Shown: positions 1-10,724, counted from the stretch's first letter. The stretch: 64,000 bases of DNA from an uncultured Acidobacteriaceae bacterium (GCA_963699185.1 OY969419.1:6206698-6270697); one strand, 5' to 3'. Numbers and translations are program-made. The notes: a model not told the origin generated them from the sequence alone.

Positions 1-412
1 GCGGTAATTGTCCACCGGACCAGAACTTCACCCTACTCGATCAACAATCCACACTCCCGCGTGGTGCCAGGAATTTGAGGCGTTACAGAAGACGCTACGC
101 CAGTGTCCATCTGCCAACCTGATTTGCGCGCACCTTACGACTAGGTCCACGGCCGAGACAAGGTCTTATCACGACCATTGCAGCTCCCGGATCATGCTTG
201 GTGCCGCATTGACGTTCCGTTGTTTTTCCGTTTCAAGGCGAGGAATGCGGAATCCATAAATTGCTTTGGAATTGGCCGAAGATTGTGCCATTCTCCCCCA
301 AGGCCGGACTGTCGGGATCAATATCTCTGCTGAGGGTGTCTTCGATGTGTCACCTTTGATGGATGAGGAGCTTTACACCCGCGAGCGACAAATCGAGTAA
401 GTCGAGGATGTT

Positions 413-1450
413 ATGGCATGTACTAGCAAGATAAAGAGAATCTTCCTGGCGCCGCACCCAAGGTCCTTGGCGGAGATCTTCCACCCATCCGATCTCGAGC
501 ATTTGCGCACGCTGTGCGAGCTCGTAATTCACGAAAAACCGGACCTCATCGAACATGTCTTCCAAAAACTTGTTACGCCTGCCGACATAATCATCGGGCA
601 ATTCGATCTCCCTCAATCTCGCCTGGAACGAATTCCCCAATTGAAAGCGATCTTCAATGTCGAAGGGAATTTTCTACCGAACGTCGATTATCCATATTGT
701 TTCCGTCGCGGCATACGTGTCCTCACGATCAGCCCTGTCTTCGCCGAGCCGGTCGCAGAATTGGCACTCGCACTGGCGATCGACTTGGGGCGCGGAATAA
801 CTCGGTCAGATCATGACTTCAGAGCCGGCGTGGAGAAGTATGGCCTCGCCGCCAACCGCGAGGTCCAGAGCCTGTTCGACCAGCCCGTCGGCTTCCTGGG
901 TTTCGGTGATCTCGCAAGAGCTCTGCTGCCGCTGCTGATTCCGTTCCGCTGCCGCGTGCGTGTTTACGATCCCTGGCTGCCGGAGGAACTGATCGCCGAG
1001 GCGCGCTGCGAACCGTGTTCCCTGGATGATGTCCTACGACAGAGCCGCGTTATCTTTATGCTCGCAAGTGCTACGGCGGAGAACAAGGCATTTGTCGGAG
1101 CACCGCAGTTTGCACGAATGCAGCCGGGAACTGTATTCGTACTGGTAAGTCGTGCAGCCGTTGTGGACTTCGATGCCATGATCCAGGCTGCCCAAAGCGG
1201 TCATATCCGCGCCGCGACCGACGTTTTCCCGGATGAGCCCTTGCCTGCTGATCATGCTGCCCGTCGCACCACAGGAATCTTGTTATCCGCTCACAAAGCA
1301 GGGGCACTGGAGCAAGCCCTGAAGAGAATCGGAACAATCGTGGTTGCGGACGTTGAAATGATTTCGCGAGGACTGCCACCAGTCATGTCCAAAGTTGCAC
1401 AGCCTGAGACGGTAGCACTCTTTCGAGGCAAGCCGGTCGCCAAGAGCTAA
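413..1450 (+). CDS. D-isomer-specific 2-hydroxyacid dehydrogenase family protein (NAD-binding)
   Basis: 345-aa ORF. It has the nucleotide-binding motif 'GFLGFGDLARAL' and family-typical catalytic contexts 'SRAAVVD', 'DVFPDEP' and 'SAHKAG'. Confidence 0.75.
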   Translation: MACTSKIKRIFLAPHPRSLAEIFHPSDLEHLRTLCELVIHEKPDLIEHVFQKLVTPADIIIGQFDLPQSRLERIPQLKAIFNVEGNFLPNVDYPYCFRRGIRVLTISPVFAEPVAELALALAIDLGRGITRSDHDFRAGVEKYGLAANREVQSLFDQPVGFLGFGDLARALLPLLIPFRCRVRVYDPWLPEELIAEARCEPCSLDDVLRQSRVIFMLASATAENKAFVGAPQFARMQPGTVFVLVSRAAVVDFDAMIQAAQSGHIRAATDVFPDEPLPADHAARRTTGILLSAHKAGALEQALKRIGTIVVADVEMISRGLPPVMSKVAQPETVALFRGKPVAKS

Positions 1451-1702
1451 AGTCTCATGACATCCGTCACTGCAGAGAACTGCCACTTCGCTGGCGGCGA
1501 TTCCGCTCCGTCCAACAGTGGCTCGACACCAGCCTATTCGGTGGCAGTGGTCAGCGCCGCCAACACATTCCCGGCCGAGCTTTGTCATCGATATGCACGT
1601 CCGCTAGACTGATGGATTACACACTCACGGGTTCAGCGGCTGCGCAATCGAGGTCGTTCTGACCGTACCCGGAAACAAATCAGGCTGAGATAGGAGAAGC
1701 GT

Positions 1703-3940
1703 TTGACGGATCAGACCGCCAGAAAGTGGATCGCCAAACAGATCGGACGGTTCCGCACTCTTCGGCGAGCTTTCAGCAGGGGCAACGAAGAAGCGAAATA
1801 TAAGGTCATCCTTGGGATCGTATCGAGACTCCCGGTTGCGGACGCAACCACGCAAAGGGTTCTTGCCTGGTGCCTGAGTCACTTCTTGAACCGGCAACGG
1901 GACACGCTGAAATCGCAGCTCAAGCGCGCTCAGTCTGCGTGGGACGCCAAGGGACATAAGCGGTTGAAAGAGCTGCTTGCTGGGAATGAGACCCTGGAGA
2001 TTCCCGCCTGCAGCTCGCCAACGCTGACGTTCATCATCGTGGCAAAGAACAAAGCTCACCTTACCCTTCTTACCATCGAATCCGTACTGCAGTTCGCCGA
2101 CGTGCCCTACGAGCTTGTAATCGTCGACAACGGGTCGACCGACTCGGTCCCGACAATGCTCGACAGGATTCCCCAAGCAAAGGTCATTCGCAATCAAACC
2201 AACGTTGGGTTCGGACCGGCGTGCGTTCAGGCTGCCGAGATCGCCACGGGAGAATACTTGTGCTTCCTGAACAACGATGCCCTTCTGACAAGAGGTGCCG
2301 TCTCGGCCGCGCTGAAGAACTTCGATCGCGGGTCTGTGGGTGCAGTTGGCGCGAAGATCCTGCTGGCCAACGGACGACTGCAGGAGGCCGGATCGATGAT
2401 TTGGTCTGACGGGAGCGCCTTGGGATATGGACGCGGAGACGATCCTGATCTGCCTCAATATAACTTCCGGCGACCAGTTGATTTCTGCTCGGCGGTATTC
2501 CTGATAACTCCCAACGAAGTATTTCACCGGATGGGTGGTTTCAGCGAACGGTTTGCCCCCGCCTATTACGAAGACACCGACTATTGCATGGTCCTCTGGC
2601 AGAACGGCTTGAGAGTTATCTACGAGCCGCTCGCCCAGATTATGCATTATGAATCTGCCAGCTCGGGAGGAAATGATCTAGCTGCGCCGATGATGGCGGC
2701 GCACCAGGTCAAGTTCAAGGACAAATGGGGACCTGTGCTTGAGCGGCACTACTCTCCGAGTCCTGCGAATATCTGCAGCGCACGGACATCTGTTCATTCA
2801 CCCTCCCTGCGAATCCTCTACATCGACGATCGGATTCCGAAACGGACGTTGGGCTCTGGCTTCCCTCGAAGCAACGACGTCGTGACCGAGCTCGCACGTA
2901 TGGGTCATCATGCCGTTTGCTCGACGGCCACATTTCCGCTCATCGGCGATGGTTATGGGGATTTGCCCCGAGAGCTGGAGCTCTTCGACGGCTTCCGCTT
3001 TCGCCAGAGGTTGGTCGATGAATACATGCCCTGTGCCGACATTGTGTGGGTGAGTAGACCTCATAACCTTAAGCTGCTGCTGAATGAATATCCCTCGGTG
3101 TTCACCTCCCGTAAATTTGCTCTTGTCTATGATGCCGAAGCCATTTTCTCGCAGAGGGTAAGTGGCCGGGCGGCACTCTTTGGAGAGCCGACTGTTCCGA
3201 CCCATAGCCTCGAGCCGTCCGGCCTGGAAGAAGAGGTTTCCTTGGCGAAGATAGCAGACGCCGTCGTGGTCGTCTCAGAGGCCGATCGAAAGGTAATGCA
3301 GGATGCCGGTGTGCGATCGGCGCACATCGTGAGTTTCAGCATATCGGTTACTCCGACCGCCTCGCCGTTTCTGAAACGAGATGTGTTCCTCTTTGTCGGT
3401 TCAGTGCACGGCTCAGACAATCCGAACGCCGACTCAATCCGCGAGTTCTGCCGCGCCCACTGGGCCAAAGTTCATCGCGCAACCGGAGCTCATCTCGTAG
3501 TAGCAGGCTATGGAACGGAGCTGCTGCGAGACGAAATCGCCGACGACACGGTTCAGATACTGGGCATGCAGGAAGACTTGCGTCCGCTGTACGACCGCGC
3601 GCGGATATTTGTCGTCCCTACGCGGTACGCCGCGGGCCTGCCGTTCAAAGCCTACGAGGCGGCAGGTTATGGAGTGCCAATGGTCGTCTCTCCCCTGATC
3701 GCCCGGCAAATGCAATGGAGGGACGGAGCCGAGTACTTGGCCGCCAGTGATCCGGACCAGATGGCAGAGAATTGTGTCCGGCTTTATGGGGACGAGAAGT
3801 TGTGGGAGTGTCTTCGGGCCAATAGCCTGGCGCGGTTGGAGGCGGAACTGGGTCCCGCAGCTTTCGGCGCTAATCTCCGTTCGATTCTGAACGAAGTCAC
3901 CGCAGTCTCGGCTGCGACCGAACCGAAGACGGACATTTGA
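1703..3940 (+). CDS. Two-domain glycosyltransferase (N-terminal GT2, C-terminal GT1/GT4-like)
   Basis: 745-aa ORF with a TTG start. GT2 signatures are 'TFIIVAKN...VIVDNGSTD', 'FLNNDAL' and 'YYEDTDYC'. The C-terminal 'VVAGYG...IFVVPTRYAAGLPFKAYEAAGYGVPMV' resembles the GT4 EX7E region. Confidence 0.8.
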   Translation: MTDQTARKWIAKQIGRFRTLRRAFSRGNEEAKYKVILGIVSRLPVADATTQRVLAWCLSHFLNRQRDTLKSQLKRAQSAWDAKGHKRLKELLAGNETLEIPACSSPTLTFIIVAKNKAHLTLLTIESVLQFADVPYELVIVDNGSTDSVPTMLDRIPQAKVIRNQTNVGFGPACVQAAEIATGEYLCFLNNDALLTRGAVSAALKNFDRGSVGAVGAKILLANGRLQEAGSMIWSDGSALGYGRGDDPDLPQYNFRRPVDFCSAVFLITPNEVFHRMGGFSERFAPAYYEDTDYCMVLWQNGLRVIYEPLAQIMHYESASSGGNDLAAPMMAAHQVKFKDKWGPVLERHYSPSPANICSARTSVHSPSLRILYIDDRIPKRTLGSGFPRSNDVVTELARMGHHAVCSTATFPLIGDGYGDLPRELELFDGFRFRQRLVDEYMPCADIVWVSRPHNLKLLLNEYPSVFTSRKFALVYDAEAIFSQRVSGRAALFGEPTVPTHSLEPSGLEEEVSLAKIADAVVVVSEADRKVMQDAGVRSAHIVSFSISVTPTASPFLKRDVFLFVGSVHGSDNPNADSIREFCRAHWAKVHRATGAHLVVAGYGTELLRDEIADDTVQILGMQEDLRPLYDRARIFVVPTRYAAGLPFKAYEAAGYGVPMVVSPLIARQMQWRDGAEYLAASDPDQMAENCVRLYGDEKLWECLRANSLARLEAELGPAAFGANLRSILNEVTAVSAATEPKTDI

Positions 3941-4082
3941 CCAGTGCTGAATCGCAAGGCTTTTAATCACATGAGAATTTCCATCGAGTTCCGCCACAAC
4001 ACCAGGCGTCATTTCGACTGAGGATCTCGAAGCGGCGCGGTATCGTCGAGGATGTCGAGCGCGTGGTATAAGGTTGAACAGC

Positions 4083-5066
4083 ATGATTATCACTCGTTCA
4101 CCTCTACGCGTGTCGTTGGGTGGTGGAGGCACTGACTTACCCTCTTATTCGCGGCATCACGGCGGATTCCTGATTGCCGGTGCGATCGACAAGTATGTAT
4201 ACATAACCATCCATCCACGATTTGTGGATAGCTTCTTGCTGAAGTACTCGCAACTCGAGGAAGTGTCAGCGATCGAGGAGATTCGGCATCCGATTATCAG
4301 GGAGGCGCTACGGTTAGTGGGGGTCGAGGTCCGGAACCTAGAGATTTCCAGCATGGCGGACATCCCGGCGGGCACGGGCCTTGGTTCGTCGGGAAGCTTT
4401 ACAACTGCTCTTCTAAAAGCGCTGTATGCCCACAAAAAGCACTTGGTGCATCCTCATGAGCTGGCAGCTCAAGCGTGCCATCTCGAGATTGATGTTCTGG
4501 GCGAGCCGATCGGCAAGCAGGACCAATACATCGCGGCTTACGGTGGAATAACTTGTTTTGAGTATGGGACGGATGACTCCGTGCGGGCTTGGCCACTGGC
4601 TATTTCGGAAGAAACCCTCTTCAATTTAGAAGATAACCTACTTCTATTTTTTACCGGTTACTCGCGCTCCGCCTCAGCCATACTAAAGGAACAGGATGAT
4701 AAGAGTAGAATGTCGGATTCTGGGGTGCTAGAGAACCTTCATTTCACTAAGGATTTGGGGATGCGCAGCAAACTGGCCCTGGAGGCCGGGGATCTCGCAG
4801 AATTTGGCAGCCTTATGAATGTTCACTGGGAGTGGAAAAAACACCGGGGTGCAGGTATCAGCAATGGCAAGATCGACGAGTGGTATGCCTGCGCAATGTC
4901 GAATGGCGCGGTGGGAGGCAAGGTCATCGGCGCCGGTGGTGGAGGATTTCTAATGTTCTACGCAGGCGACAAGGCCAGACTGCGCCATGCCATGCGAGAA
5001 CAGGGCTTGAAGGAAGTTAGATTTCGTTTCGACTTTGAAGGTACTCGTGTCATCTCTTCCGACTGA
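4083..5066 (+). CDS. hddA: GHMP-family sugar kinase, D-glycero-alpha-D-manno-heptose 7-phosphate kinase-like
   Basis: N-terminus 'MIITRSPLRVSLGGGGTDLPSY' and GHMP motif 'PAGTGLGSSGS'. It sits in an operon with gmhA, gmhB and hddC. ATG at 4083 was preferred over TTG at 4074. Confidence 0.8.
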   Translation: MIITRSPLRVSLGGGGTDLPSYSRHHGGFLIAGAIDKYVYITIHPRFVDSFLLKYSQLEEVSAIEEIRHPIIREALRLVGVEVRNLEISSMADIPAGTGLGSSGSFTTALLKALYAHKKHLVHPHELAAQACHLEIDVLGEPIGKQDQYIAAYGGITCFEYGTDDSVRAWPLAISEETLFNLEDNLLLFFTGYSRSASAILKEQDDKSRMSDSGVLENLHFTKDLGMRSKLALEAGDLAEFGSLMNVHWEWKKHRGAGISNGKIDEWYACAMSNGAVGGKVIGAGGGGFLMFYAGDKARLRHAMREQGLKEVRFRFDFEGTRVISSD

Positions 5067-5088
5067 CTTAACTTCTGCTTCAGAGCTC

Positions 5089-5799
5089 ATGCCGGCAGTT
5101 ATTCTCGCGGGCGGACTTGCCACCCGTTTGCGGCCTCTTACGGAAACCATACCTAAGGCACTGATCGAGATAAACGGTCAGCCTTTCCTGTCGCACCAGC
5201 TGGAACTTCTCAAACGCAACCGCATTCTGAAAGTTGTGGTCCTTGTGGGCTATCTTGGAGAGAAGATCCAGGAGCGCTTCGGCGATGGATCGGACCTGGG
5301 AATCAAGATTGAATACTCCTTTGATGGCCCGGCTCTGCTGGGCACCGCAGGCGCAATCCGGCAAGCTCTGCCGTTGCTTCCAGAGCGCTTCTTCGTTCTT
5401 TACGGCGATTCCTACCTGGCATGCGACTATCGCGCAGTCGGAACCGCGTTCGTCCGGAGTGGCATGACTGGACTGATGACGGTTTATCGCAACGAAGGCC
5501 GTTACGACGTTAGCAACGTAGCTTACGATGGAGCGCAGATCGTACGCTACGATAAGGTGCATCGCACGCCGGCGATGCACCATATTGACTACGGTCTAGG
5601 CGCGTTCCGTCGAAGCGTATTCGCCACGATTCCTGACCGCGAAAAGTGGGATCTCGCCGCTGTTTACCAGGACCTGCTTCACGCTGGGAAGCTGGCAGCC
5701 TATGAGGTCCACGAGCGCTTCTACGAAATCGGTTCTTCTGAGGGGTTGCGTGAAACATCCGAGTACCTCACTACTCAACGCCAATTCGGTACAGACTGA
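5089..5799 (+). CDS. hddC: Sugar-1-phosphate nucleotidyltransferase, D-glycero-alpha-D-manno-heptose 1-phosphate guanylyltransferase-like
   Basis: 'MPAVILAGGLATRLRPLTETIPKALIEINGQPFL' is the canonical NTP-transferase N-terminus. ATG at 5089 is internal to the listed ORF 5035..5799. Confidence 0.8.
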   Translation: MPAVILAGGLATRLRPLTETIPKALIEINGQPFLSHQLELLKRNRILKVVVLVGYLGEKIQERFGDGSDLGIKIEYSFDGPALLGTAGAIRQALPLLPERFFVLYGDSYLACDYRAVGTAFVRSGMTGLMTVYRNEGRYDVSNVAYDGAQIVRYDKVHRTPAMHHIDYGLGAFRRSVFATIPDREKWDLAAVYQDLLHAGKLAAYEVHERFYEIGSSEGLRETSEYLTTQRQFGTD

Positions 5800-5884
5800 G
5801 TTAGACCTGAGACGTTCCCCTGCGCTAATGCCGGCAAGTCGAGCAACCTTCTGATTGTGTTATTCTGGCGAATTGACTACCCCC

Positions 5885-6514
5885 ATGTCGAAAGCACCCG
5901 ATATTTCAATGAGCTTTTCGGCCTTCTTTCTTGCTGAGGTGGAAGAGGTTGCGCGCCAACTGGATGCTGCTACCATCGAACGAATAGCGCTACTGTTGTC
6001 GCAAGTGCGCGAGCGCGGTGGACGCCTGTTCATCCTGGGTGTGGGCGGCAGTGCGGGGAATGCGTCGCACGCGGTCAACGATTTCCGCAAGCTGACAGGG
6101 ATTGAGGCGTATGCACCCACAGACAACGTGTCCGAGCTGACGGCGCGCACGAATGACGAAGGCTGGCCGACGGTGTTTGAAGCGTGGCTGCGAGTGAGTC
6201 GGCTGCAATCGCGCGATGCGATTCTGGTGTTCTCGGTGGGCGGAGGCAGCGTCGAGCGCAATGTCAGCCCGAACATCGTCGCGGCGCTGGATTACGCGAA
6301 GTCGGTAGGCGCGAGCGTGGTGGGAATTGTCGGGCGGGACGGTGGTTACACAGCGCGCGTCGCGGATGCTTGTGTCATCATTCCGACGGTGCATGCTGAC
6401 CGGGTTACGCCTCATTCGGAAGCATTTCAGGCGATTGTGTGGCACTTGCTGGTGTCACATCCGGCGCTCCAGCAGAAAGCTACCAAATGGGAATCGATAA
6501 CGCCAACGCGTTGA
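5885..6514 (+). CDS. gmhA: SIS-domain sedoheptulose 7-phosphate isomerase
   Basis: SIS motif 'LFILGVGGSAGNASHAVNDFRK', plus heptose-operon context. Confidence 0.8.
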   Translation: MSKAPDISMSFSAFFLAEVEEVARQLDAATIERIALLLSQVRERGGRLFILGVGGSAGNASHAVNDFRKLTGIEAYAPTDNVSELTARTNDEGWPTVFEAWLRVSRLQSRDAILVFSVGGGSVERNVSPNIVAALDYAKSVGASVVGIVGRDGGYTARVADACVIIPTVHADRVTPHSEAFQAIVWHLLVSHPALQQKATKWESITPTR

Positions 6515-7065
6515 GGCGCGCGGTGTTCCTGGATCGCGACGGCGTATTGAATGAGCCCGTGGTGCAGGAGGGCAAGCCCTATCCTCCTGCAGATGCCGCG
6601 TCTCTGCGGGTCTATCCGGGCACGGCAGAAGCCCTGAATCGGCTGAAAGCCCGCGGCTACTTGTTGGTGGTGGTCACTAATCAGCCCGATGTCGTCCGAG
6701 GCACTCAGAAGCGCGATACGATTGAAGAGATCAACCGCCGCTTGTCTACGGAGTTGCCGCTGGACGACGTGCTGACCTGCTACCATGATGATGCGGACGA
6801 TTGTGACTGCCGGAAGCCGCGTCCAGGACTGATAAGGCGCGCGGCGCGGCAGCATGGGATCGATCTGAACCTTAGTTATATGATCGGCGACCGCTGGCGG
6901 GATATTGATGCCGGCGCGAACGCCGGCTGCAAAACCATCCTGATTGACCGGGGATATGCGGAGCGAGCGCCAGCGTCTGCTCCCGCCGCGCGCGTCGGGT
7001 CGCTGTCTGACGCGGTCGATTGGATCCTGAAGACACCACGGAGATCGCTTGAGAAGTGTCGCTGA
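6487..7065 (+). CDS. gmhB: HAD-family D,D-heptose 1,7-bisphosphate phosphatase
   Basis: HAD motif I 'AVFLDRDGVLN', 'VVVTNQPDV', the Cys cluster 'CYHDDADDCDCRKPRPG' and 'MIGDRWRDIDAG'. The start was chosen at ATG 6487 and overlaps the gmhA end. Confidence 0.8.
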   Translation: MGIDNANALRRAVFLDRDGVLNEPVVQEGKPYPPADAASLRVYPGTAEALNRLKARGYLLVVVTNQPDVVRGTQKRDTIEEINRRLSTELPLDDVLTCYHDDADDCDCRKPRPGLIRRAARQHGIDLNLSYMIGDRWRDIDAGANAGCKTILIDRGYAERAPASAPAARVGSLSDAVDWILKTPRRSLEKCR

Positions 7066-7765
7066 ACTGAAGATCAAGTTGTTCGCCGATGGCGCCGACA
7101 AGGCGCAGATTGTGCAGGCACAAGCCAACCCACTGATTAGCGGGTTTACCACCAACCCCACCCTGATGCGCGCCGCCGGCGTGAAGGACTACGAGGCATT
7201 TGCGCATGAGATCCTCGAGGTCGTTACCGACCGTCCCATCTCATTCGAGGTGTTCGCCGACGAGTTTGATGAGATGGAGCGGCAGGCGCACGAGATTGCG
7301 GGCTGGGCGGAGAATGTTTACGTCAAGATTCCGGTGACCAACACCAGGCGCGAGTCGTCGATGGAGCTGATTCGCCGTCTGGCACACTCCGGTGTCAAGA
7401 TCAATGTCACCGCCATTCTGACACTGGACCAGGTTCGCGACGCCGCTGCAGCGCTGGCGGGTGGCGCACCGTCGGTGATTTCAGTGTTTGCCGGAAGGAT
7501 CGCGGACACGGGGCAAGACCCAGTTCCTGTTATGGCGTCGGCGGTAGAAATTGTGTTACGCCACCCCGGTATCGAATTGCTTTGGGCCAGCCCGCGTGAG
7601 TTGCTGAACATCTTTCAGGCGAATGACGTCGGGTGCCACATCATTACGGCGACCGACAGTGTGCTCGGCAAGCTGAAGACCGTCGGGAAGGATCTCGACG
7701 ACTACTCGCTCGAAACGGTGCGGATGTTTTACAACGACGCGGCCCATTCGGGATACCAACTCTAG
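7049..7765 (+). CDS. Transaldolase / fructose-6-phosphate aldolase family protein (short type)
   Basis: 'KLFADGAD...ISGFTTNPTLM' and 'VYVKIPVT' (Schiff-base Lys context). TTG start with GGAG 5 nt upstream. Confidence 0.75.
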   Translation: MRSVAELKIKLFADGADKAQIVQAQANPLISGFTTNPTLMRAAGVKDYEAFAHEILEVVTDRPISFEVFADEFDEMERQAHEIAGWAENVYVKIPVTNTRRESSMELIRRLAHSGVKINVTAILTLDQVRDAAAALAGGAPSVISVFAGRIADTGQDPVPVMASAVEIVLRHPGIELLWASPRELLNIFQANDVGCHIITATDSVLGKLKTVGKDLDDYSLETVRMFYNDAAHSGYQL

Positions 7766-7777
7766 GCAGGTTGAATC

Positions 7778-9025
7778 GTGGGGAGTTCCTACATGGTCGG
7801 TAGTCCTACTTCGACTCGCGAGGCGGAAGGCGGAGATGTGGAGCTGCTGGTTCCCGCCAACGACGTGGCTGATCCCGAACTCTCTATCGTGATTCCAGCG
7901 CTCAACGAGGAGCTCACGATCGCGCAGTTTGTGGATTGGTGCATGGAGGGTCTGCAGCGTGCCAACGTCAGAGGAGAGGTGCTGATTATCGACAGCTCTA
8001 CTGATGCCACAGCCGAGATCGCGGTGGCGAAGGGCGCGCGCGTGCTGAAGGTCCCCAAACGGGGACTGGGGCGTGCTTACATCGATGCCATTCCATTTAT
8101 TCGCGGCGAGTACGTCCTGATGGGCGACGCCGATTGTACCTACGACTTCCGCGAGCTGAAGCAGTTCATGACGAGCTTCCATGATGGCCACGAATATGTG
8201 ATGGGATCGCGCTTTCGCGGCTACATTGAGCCCGGGTCCATGCCTCCGCTCCACCAATACTTTGGCACGCCGATCACTACCTGGCTGCTGAACTTTCTTT
8301 ATGGCAGCGACTTCTCCGACATTCATTGCGGCATGCGCGGCATCTCTCGAAGTGCATTGCATCGCATGGACCTGCAATCGCAATCGTGGGAGTACGCATC
8401 GGAGATGGTTTTGAAGTCGGTACGCATGGAATTGCCGACTGCCGAAGTTCCTGTGGGCTTTCTGAAGGACCAGGAAGGGCGCTTCAGCCATCACAAGCGG
8501 TCTGGTTGGTTCTCGCCGTGGCATGCCGCCTGGATCAATCTCCGGGCGATGTTCGTTTATGGCGCCGATTTCTTTCTGTTCCGCCCGGGCCTGCTACTGC
8601 TATTCATCGGCCTGTTATTAACGCTGCCGATGACGTTCGGGCCAGTGACCGTCGGTCCCATTACCTTCTCGCTCTACTGGATGCTACTCGGGCTGTCATT
8701 GTCGGTGCTGGGGCTCCATGGCTTCTATGTGGGCGCGCTGGCACGAGTCTTTTTCGATTACAGCGGTAATACGACGCGGCGCTGGCTGAGCACGTTCTCA
8801 TATACGCGGTCCGTCGTATTGAGTGCGCTGGCTGTCGTTGCGGGTGGCGCGCTGGCAATGCCCCTGGTCCTGCAGTATCTGCGTTCTGGGTTGCGACTGC
8901 CTGGGGATGTCGTGTCGGCCAGTCATATGGCGGTAACTGGTCTCCTGTTTGCGATGGCCGGGGCTATGAACTTTACCTTTACACTGGCGCTCCATGCCGC
9001 GGTCGCGAATGTCAAACGAAGATAG
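7778..9025 (+). CDS. GT2 glycosyltransferase with C-terminal transmembrane domain (polyprenyl-phosphate sugar synthase-like, ArnC/GtrB/DPM1 type)
   Basis: 'LSIVIPALNEELTI', 'IIDSSTDAT' and 'GDADCTYD', followed by about four hydrophobic helices in the last ~150 aa. Confidence 0.75.
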   Translation: MGSSYMVGSPTSTREAEGGDVELLVPANDVADPELSIVIPALNEELTIAQFVDWCMEGLQRANVRGEVLIIDSSTDATAEIAVAKGARVLKVPKRGLGRAYIDAIPFIRGEYVLMGDADCTYDFRELKQFMTSFHDGHEYVMGSRFRGYIEPGSMPPLHQYFGTPITTWLLNFLYGSDFSDIHCGMRGISRSALHRMDLQSQSWEYASEMVLKSVRMELPTAEVPVGFLKDQEGRFSHHKRSGWFSPWHAAWINLRAMFVYGADFFLFRPGLLLLFIGLLLTLPMTFGPVTVGPITFSLYWMLLGLSLSVLGLHGFYVGALARVFFDYSGNTTRRWLSTFSYTRSVVLSALAVVAGGALAMPLVLQYLRSGLRLPGDVVSASHMAVTGLLFAMAGAMNFTFTLALHAAVANVKRR

Positions 9026-9674
9026 GATGGCGCGGCGTGAAGCCGCTCGCACTCGCGCCTACGGACAAGACTATCGGGCATCTGTGCTGGATCGATTCGG
9101 GGTTTGGCTCTCCGCTTGCCAGATTCGCCGATATATAGGGCCGTTGGCAGGTAAGCAACTTGGTGACTTCGGCTGCGGCTACCACGCAACTTTTGTTCGA
9201 CGCATCCTGCCTGAGTTGAGCCACGCAGTGCTGGTGGATTTCGTTTTATCGCCGGACCTTAGGAGCCTTCCGAATGTCACGGCAATCGAAGGGATTTTGC
9301 CTGGAGTGCTCAGCCAGGTGCCGTCGGCGAGCCTAGATATTGTGCTTTGCATCTCCGTTCTGGAACATCTGTGGGATCCGTTGACGGCGCTTCAGGGATG
9401 CTTGCGTATTGTGCGACCTGGAGGAACATGTATCTTCAATGTTCCGTCCTGGCGAGGGAAGCGGTTTCTCGAATATTCAGCCTTTCGGCTGGGACTAAGC
9501 CCGAAGGATGAGATGGATGACCATAAGGCATATTACGACGTAAGAGAATTCTGGCCATTGCTGGTGCGCGCCGGTTTCCGGCCGAGCAACGTTCGATGCT
9601 TCTCGCACAAGTTCGGCCTTAACACATTCGCAGTCTGCCGGTCGTCACATGGCGGCGCTGATACTGCAAAATGA
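8994..9674 (+). CDS. Class I SAM-dependent methyltransferase
   Basis: Motif I-like 'LGDFGCGYH', and 'ISVLEHLWDP...VRPGGTCIFNVP'. The start is uncertain (alternative ATGs at 9009 and 9027). Confidence 0.7.
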   Translation: MPRSRMSNEDRMARREAARTRAYGQDYRASVLDRFGVWLSACQIRRYIGPLAGKQLGDFGCGYHATFVRRILPELSHAVLVDFVLSPDLRSLPNVTAIEGILPGVLSQVPSASLDIVLCISVLEHLWDPLTALQGCLRIVRPGGTCIFNVPSWRGKRFLEYSAFRLGLSPKDEMDDHKAYYDVREFWPLLVRAGFRPSNVRCFSHKFGLNTFAVCRSSHGGADTAK

Positions 9675-10651
9675 CCAATTCCAAGCGTTATTTCATCGTC
9701 GGCGGAGCCGGGTTTATCGGCAGCCACTTTACCGACCGTCTGCTGGCCGATAATTCTGTGGCGGCTGTCACTTTGTACGACAATTTTTCTTCGGGCCGGG
9801 AGTGGCACTATACGCAGCACCTGGACGATCCCAGGTTTCGCGTGGTCCGCGGCGACGTTAAAGACATCGGATCGCTGACCGCTGCCATGCAAGGCCACGA
9901 CACCGTGATCCATCTAGCTTCCAATCCTGACATCGCCCGTGCCGCTACCGAGCCCAATATTGATTTCCGGGAGGGTACGTATCTAACCAACAACGTGGTC
10001 GAGGCCATGCGGAGAACGGGGACGGCGACGATCCTATACGCTTCGGGCAGCGGAGTTTATGGTGACCTGGGAGAAAAGGAAGCGGACGAGGACTATGGGC
10101 CCCTGCTGCCGATCTCGACATACGGGGCAAGCAAATTGGCGGGCGAGGTACTGATCACCTCGTACTGTCATATGTTTGATTTCACCGGCCGGGTCTGCCG
10201 TTTCGGAAATGTAGTCGGTCCAAGGCAGACGCACGGGGTAGGGTTCGATTTTTTGCGACAGCTGCTCAGGGACCCTCACAAGTTGCGGATTCTGGGCGAT
10301 GGGACGCAAAGCAAGTCCTACGTTTACGTCCACGACGTGGTGGAAGCTGTCTTACTAGCAGCCGAGCGCTCCCCGGGACGCTTTGCGGTACATAACGTGG
10401 CTACGAGCGACTACATCACCGTGACTGAGATCGCGCAACTCGCCGTGGAATGTGCCGGTCTTCAGCCGGGGCAAGTAGAGTTTGAGTACACCGGCGGCGA
10501 CCGCGGTTGGAAGGGGGACGTGCCGGTCGTCCGACTGAATACAGACCGCATTCGCTCTTTGGGCTGGAGCTGCAGCGCCGGCTCGGGCGAGGCCTTGCGC
10601 AAGTCGATGTTGGCCATGTTGCCCGACATGAAGGAGGGGAGGCTTAAGTGA
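9671..10651 (+). CDS. NAD-dependent nucleotide-sugar epimerase/dehydratase (SDR family)
   Basis: 'VGGAGFIGSHF', 'YASGSGVYG' and YxxxK 'YGASKLAGE'. ATGA start/stop overlap with the upstream gene. Confidence 0.8.
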   Translation: MTNSKRYFIVGGAGFIGSHFTDRLLADNSVAAVTLYDNFSSGREWHYTQHLDDPRFRVVRGDVKDIGSLTAAMQGHDTVIHLASNPDIARAATEPNIDFREGTYLTNNVVEAMRRTGTATILYASGSGVYGDLGEKEADEDYGPLLPISTYGASKLAGEVLITSYCHMFDFTGRVCRFGNVVGPRQTHGVGFDFLRQLLRDPHKLRILGDGTQSKSYVYVHDVVEAVLLAAERSPGRFAVHNVATSDYITVTEIAQLAVECAGLQPGQVEFEYTGGDRGWKGDVPVVRLNTDRIRSLGWSCSAGSGEALRKSMLAMLPDMKEGRLK

Positions 10652-10724
10652 TCACAATGCGATCCGTTCTTCAGTCTGGCCGGCCCGAGACGGGTTGGTT
10701 CGTTCCCGGTAAGGGGCGAATCGG

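Noticed and set aside
8-640. Small ORFs at the window start (8..259 plus strand, 350..640 minus strand)
   Set aside because: They have no RBS, motif or context support. The minus-strand ORF overlaps the dehydrogenase gene start, so the region is treated as unannotated.
1625-2647. 340-aa minus-strand ORF
   Set aside because: It is fully antisense to the well-supported GT2/GT4 glycosyltransferase gene. It has an Arg/Gly/Pro-rich composition with no motif, which is typical of a shadow ORF in GC-rich DNA.
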